A stretch of 64,000 bases of DNA from an uncultured Acidobacteriota bacterium (GTDB taxonomy: Bacteria > Acidobacteriota > Thermoanaerobaculia > UBA5066 > Gp7-AA6): the NCBI GenBank assembly GCA_963829925.1, contig CAWHKQ010000005.1, forward strand, positions 24,164 to 88,163, read 5' to 3'. A program made the position numbers and the translations under genes. Every line of letters starts with the position of its first letter. Position 1 is the first letter of the stretch. The notes under the pieces are model-generated. The model worked only from the letters and a program-made list of their open reading frames with translations. It searched no databases and had not been told where the DNA came from. Shown here one piece after another: positions 59,803-64,000 of the stretch.

Positions 59803-60207
59803 AACGCGGATACTGGATCGCCGCCGCGCTCACGCTCGGCTTCATCGGCCTGGGCCTGACCGCCTTTCAGAAGACCCTCACGCCCTATCTGACTTTCGAC
59901 GAAGCGAAGAAGTCTCGCGGCGTCGTTCAGGTCATGGGCGCGCTCGACAAGACGAGCGACCGCTACGACAACGGGAGGGAAGAGCTCGCCTTCGAGCTCC
60001 TGGAAGAGGGCGGCGGCCGCATGCCCGTCGTCTACCGCGGCATTCGACCCGGCAACTTCAAGGACGCCATCTCCATCGTCGCCATCGGCCGGTACCGGGA
60101 CGGCCGGATCGAGGCCGAGAAGCTCCTCGTCAAGTGCCCCTCCAAGTACCAGGGCGCCGAGGTGGAAAAGGCCTACGAGACGAAGGCTCCGGGCAGTCAC
60201 GTCCTGA
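59799..60207 (+). CDS. ccmE: Heme chaperone CcmE, CxxxY variant
   Basis: PVVYRGIRPGNFK...AEKLLVKCPSKY; true stop probably TGA 60205-60207 overlapping the ccmF ATG. Confidence 0.88.
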
Positions 60208-62544
60208 TGTATTTCTGGCCCGGGGTGGCGGCCATCTGGGGAGCCCTTTTCGCGGGGCTCACTTCGGCCGTCACGTACCTCGCGCGTGGATCGCGGGCGC
60301 CGTGACCTGCTGCCGCTGGCGAGGACGACGTACGCGGCGTTCGCGGCCTGCGTCGTCGCGGCCTCCGCCATCCTGATGACGCTGCTCCTCCAGCATCGCT
60401 TCGACGTCTCCTACGTCAACTCGTACTCGAGCCTGGATCTCCCGCTGCATTTCCTGGTGTCGACCTTCTGGGCGGGCCAGGAGGGGTCCTTCCTTCTCTG
60501 GTGCTTCTTCGGCTCGCTCATCGGCCTCTGGGTTCTGCGGAGGGCGAAGGAGCAGGAAGCCCCGGTGATGGTCGTCTACCTGGCGACCTTCCTCGGCATC
60601 ATCGCGATCCTCTGCAAGCAGAGCCCGTTCCGCTACCTCCCGCCGCCGATCCCGGCCGACGGCGTCGGCCTGAATCCTCTGCTGCAGGACCCGTGGATGG
60701 TGATCCACCCTCCGGTCATGTTCGTCGGGTTCGCGTCGCTCTCGGTCCCCTTCGCCTTCGCGATCGCCGCCCTGTGGAAGAAGCGCTGGGACGGGTGGAT
60801 CGTCCGGTGCCTGCCGTGGGCCCTGCTGACGTTCCTGACGCTCGGGACCGCGATCCTGATGGGCGGCTACTGGGCCTACAAGACGCTCGGGTGGGGCGGC
60901 TACTGGGGCTGGGACCCGGTCGAGAACACGAGCCTGGTCCCGTGGATCTTCACGGCCGCCCTGATCCACGGCATGTTCCTCCAGAAAGCGAGGAAGCGGC
61001 ATCGCAAGATCAACCTCATTCTCGCGTGCACGGCCTACGCGTCGATTCTCTACGGCACGTTCCTGACCCGGTCCGGCGTGCTCGCCGACTTCTCGGTCCA
61101 TTCCTTCATCGACCTCGGGATCACCGGCTGGCTGGTCGCCATCCTGGGGACGTTCATCGCGCTCTCGGTCGTGCTCCTGGCGTGGCGCTGGCGGGCGATC
61201 CCGCGCGCCGAGGATGAGGACCCGCCGGTCCTGTCGCGCGGCGTGCTCTTCATCCTGGGCATCGCCGTCTTCTGCGTGCTCGCCGGAGTGATCCTGCTCG
61301 GCACTTCGGCCCCCCTTCTGACGCGGCTGTCCGGCACGCCCTCCCAGGTCCAGATCGCCTTCTACGAGAAGACGACGGCGCCCGCGGCGCTGCTGCTGCT
61401 GCTTCTGTCCGGCCTGGTTCCCTTCGTGTCGTGGAAAGGCGAAAAGCCCGGGGAGCTCCTCAAGAGCTCGCGCCGCTCGCTCGCCGTCGCCGCGGTGCTG
61501 ATCCTGGCGGCGGCCGGACTCGGAGCGCGGCGGCCCGACACGCTCGTCCTGCTCTTCGCCGCGTTTTTCGCGGCGGACATGAACCTGCGCGCCGTGATCC
61601 GGAAGGCGAAGAACGGCAAGTTCGGCGGGGCGGGCGGGTACCTCGCTCACGTCGGCGTGGGCATCATGCTCGCGGGGGCCGTCCTTTCGGGCGCCTACGC
61701 CGTCTCGCAGCGCCTGACGCTCCCGATCAACGCGCCCATCAAGTCGGGGGACATGACCTTGACCTTTCTCCGCGTCGTGCCCGGGACGGCGGAGCGCAAG
61801 CAGGCGATGGAAGTGAAGGTCGACACGGCGGCCGGCAAGACCTTCTTCGCCTACCCGAAGATGTACGTCAACAGCCGGACCGGGCAGCTCATGGCGAATC
61901 CCTCGATCCGCAGCGCTGCGGTCATGGACCTCTACATCGCGCCCCAGCAGTACGACCCGGGCCAGCCCCAGATGGTCGGCCGGGACGCGCGCCTGACGAA
62001 GGGGACGACCACGGACATCGAGGGAGCGGGGTTCACTTTCCGGGACTTCAACGCCGACCGCTCGGCGATGCTCCGGGGCGAGCAGACGATCCTCGTCCTG
62101 GCCGACCTGACGATCACGCCGCCGGACGGATCCCAGCACGACGTCACGCTCCGCTACGTCTTCCACATGGACGGACGCGAGGCCGAAGCCGAGGAGACGG
62201 ACATCCCGGGCTTTCCCGGCGGGAAGATGAAAGTCGTCGCGGTCTCGCCCAACGACGGAGCGGTCGTCTTGCGGCTGCGGGGAATCTCGAAGAACCCGGC
62301 CGACGAGTTCCAGGCGGCGACCGTCGAGTCGCTCTCGCTCGACGTGACGCGAAAGCCCTTGATCAGCCTGGTCTGGGGCGGGTTCTACGTGATGATGGCC
62401 GGCGCGTTCCTGGCCTTCGTGAAGCGCTCCCGCGAGGCCCGCAAGGCGATCGTGGAGGCTCCGGCGGCGCAGACCGAGCGCGCCGAATCGCCGGTCGCCG
62501 CCACCGGCCCGGCAATTCCCGTCCACCCCAGGTCGGACCTGTAG
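60207..62544 (+). CDS. ccmF: Cytochrome c synthetase CcmF (N-terminal frameshift)
   Basis: WAGQEGSFLLW, GLNPLLQDPWMVIHPP, WGGYWGWDPVEN, RSGVLADFSVHSF. Confidence 0.94.
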
Positions 62545-62557
62545 CCGTCCCTGAGGC

Positions 62558-62584
62558 CCCTCGCCCCCCGAACGGGGGAGAGGG
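62558..62584. repeat. Palindrome / terminator-like hairpin between convergent genes
   Basis: CCCTCGCCCC-N7-GGGGAGAGGG. Confidence 0.55.
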
Positions 62585-62595
62585 TCTTCCCCACC

Positions 62596-63360
62596 CTAGC
62601 CCGTATCGCGAGTTGGGCGTCGGACCCGCATATCGATTTCCACCTCCAGCCCGTCGTAGGCCGCGGTGACCGTGCAGCCGGGAGGGTTGGCGGCCGCGAG
62701 CTCGGCCAGCGCCCGGTCCAGCGCCTCTCTGCCCATCTCGATCGGGCCCTTCCCGAAGTGGGAAAAAACCGCGCGGGGCACTCCGTGGCGCGCGAGCCAT
62801 CCGAGCTGGGCCCGGACGGTCGTGTGGCCGAGGAGCGCGCCGCTCGCGTGCCGCCGGACGAGCGAGCCGGTCAGGGTCGAGCCGTCGCCGATGTAGAGGT
62901 CGGCGCCGGCCAGAGCCGCCGCGGGCTCCTCGAAGGCCACGATGTCGCCCGAGTACACGACCGTGAAGCCATCGACCGTGACGCGCGCGCCCACGCAGGG
63001 GCACCGGACGGAGTGATGAACGGGATAGGTCGTGAGCTGAAAGGGACCGATCGAGACGGCCTCTTCGGGGGCGAGCATCACGCGGTTCAGGAGCGGAAGC
63101 TCCTTCAGGAGCTCGTGAGTGATCGCCGAAGCGTGCACCGGAGCGTCGGTTCCCTCCCACAGACCCCATCCGTGGTCCGGGTGCGCGTGGGAGACGAACA
63201 CCGCGTCGGGACGGATCTTGCGCAGCATTCCCTTTCGGTTCTCGCCGAAGTCGCAGAGGAGGCGAAAGCCCCTCGCCTCGATCACGAAAGCCGAGTGGCC
63301 CGCGTGCGCACGCGAGGACTCCTCGACGTAACCCTTCGTCCCGTAGAACTGCAGCCTCAC
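62596..63360 (-). CDS. Metallo-beta-lactamase-fold hydrolase
   Basis: LLCDFG, VSHAHPDH, VHHS, YSGD, GH. Confidence 0.85.
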   Translation of the reverse strand: MRLQFYGTKGYVEESSRAHAGHSAFVIEARGFRLLCDFGENRKGMLRKIRPDAVFVSHAHPDHGWGLWEGTDAPVHASAITHELLKELPLLNRVMLAPEEAVSIGPFQLTTYPVHHSVRCPCVGARVTVDGFTVVYSGDIVAFEEPAAALAGADLYIGDGSTLTGSLVRRHASGALLGHTTVRAQLGWLARHGVPRAVFSHFGKGPIEMGREALDRALAELAAANPPGCTVTAAYDGLEVEIDMRVRRPTRDTG

Positions 63361-63365
63361 CGGTT

Positions 63366-63407
63366 GAGTCTACGGGTTAAGGCGAATCTACGGGTTAAGC
63401 GAGTCTA
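63366..63407. repeat. Short tandem direct repeat, 17-18 bp x about 2.4
   Basis: GAGTCTACGGGTTAAGGC GAATCTACGGGTTAAGC GAGTCTA. Confidence 0.7.
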
Positions 63408-64000
63408 GGGGGACGGCGAGCTCGCGAGACCGGCCGCGGCCACGAAAACGCTCCAGGCCTTCGCCGGCGCGACGTCCTTCCCGAAGGGGCGACGGTAGAC
63501 GAGCTGGAGCCAGCCCTGTCCGGCTCCCACGACTGGAAACTCGAAGGTCTGGAACCCTCCCCTTCCGGGCGCGGAACGGGCCGGTGTCTCCATTTTCGGT
63601 TCGGCTCCCGACTGCAGGACTCCAGGGGCCGACTGCGCGACCGCCCAGCTGTAACCCGTCGTCACGTTGGCGGGCAGCCGGACCGAGAGCGTGTCGCCCT
63701 GGACGACGTACTGCTTCGAGCCGTCGTCGGACTCGCCGAGCGAGACGACTCCCGGAGCGGCGAGAACCTGCTCGACCACGACGGCCACGCGGAAAAAACT
63801 CCCGGGGGCGGCGGCCGGGCCGGACGGATTCCCGGAGACCAGGCCCAGGTTCGATTTTCCCGCGCGGGTGGCCTGGAACTCGAACACCTGGGAGCCGCTC
63901 GAACCGGCGAGATCCGCCGCGACGGGCTCGAGACGGGGAGCTCCCGCGCTCCGAAGAACCTGGGGGTCGTTGACCGCGACGCGCCAGTCCCGACCCGCGG
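63405..64000 (-). CDS. Chagasin / protease inhibitor I42 domain protein, probably tandem domains (5' end beyond window)
   Basis: LSVRLPANVTTGYSW, PGRGGFQTFEF, QLVYRRPF; the preceding FEFQATRAG is the end of a second such domain. Confidence 0.78.
   Translation of the reverse strand, partial: AGRDWRVAVNDPQVLRSAGAPRLEPVAADLAGSSGSQVFEFQATRAGKSNLGLVSGNPSGPAAAPGSFFRVAVVVEQVLAAPGVVSLGESDDGSKQYVVQGDTLSVRLPANVTTGYSWAVAQSAPGVLQSGAEPKMETPARSAPGRGGFQTFEFPVVGAGQGWLQLVYRRPFGKDVAPAKAWSVFVAAAGLASSPSP

Noticed and set aside
59799-60305. CcmE with an extra C-terminal TM helix, or a CcmE-CcmF fusion
   Set aside because: The tail MYFWPGVAAIW.. is better explained as the CcmF N-terminus (TGATG at 60205-60209) joined by an indel

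Overview
This is a high-GC bacterial chromosomal window. Gene content and the style of the Rhs/SLH protein suggest Acidobacteriota, Thermoanaerobaculia-like (inference). Many genes are split by single-base indels, including essential ones (glyS, sdhA, coxA), so these look like long-read consensus errors rather than pseudogenes, and coordinates of split genes are approximate. The backbone, in order, is: liv ABC genes, pcnB, agmatinase, an ECF sigma/anti-sigma locus, mutL, ppdK, glyS/glyQ, recO, MFS, mqnE, sdhCAB-fumC, a long minus-strand run of accessory enzymes, argF, an aa3-type oxidase operon, and a divergent ccm operon with a CxxxY-type CcmE. The standout is an island at 8.4-15.2 kb. It holds a 1923-aa signal-peptide-bearing, Cys-rich Rhs protein with S-layer-homology (SLH)-like repeats inserted inside the YD shell, a DPDG cleavage motif and an alpha/beta-hydrolase (lipase-like) C-terminal tip. 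A translationally coupled membrane protein (immunity candidate) and a vapBC module follow. Also notable: pcnB apparently lacks a canonical start codon (AUU candidate), a type-1-copper lipoprotein and an unannotated 35-aa membrane peptide sit in the oxidase operon, and there are REP-like palindromes. No rRNA, tRNA, CRISPR array, transposase or integrase was recognised.
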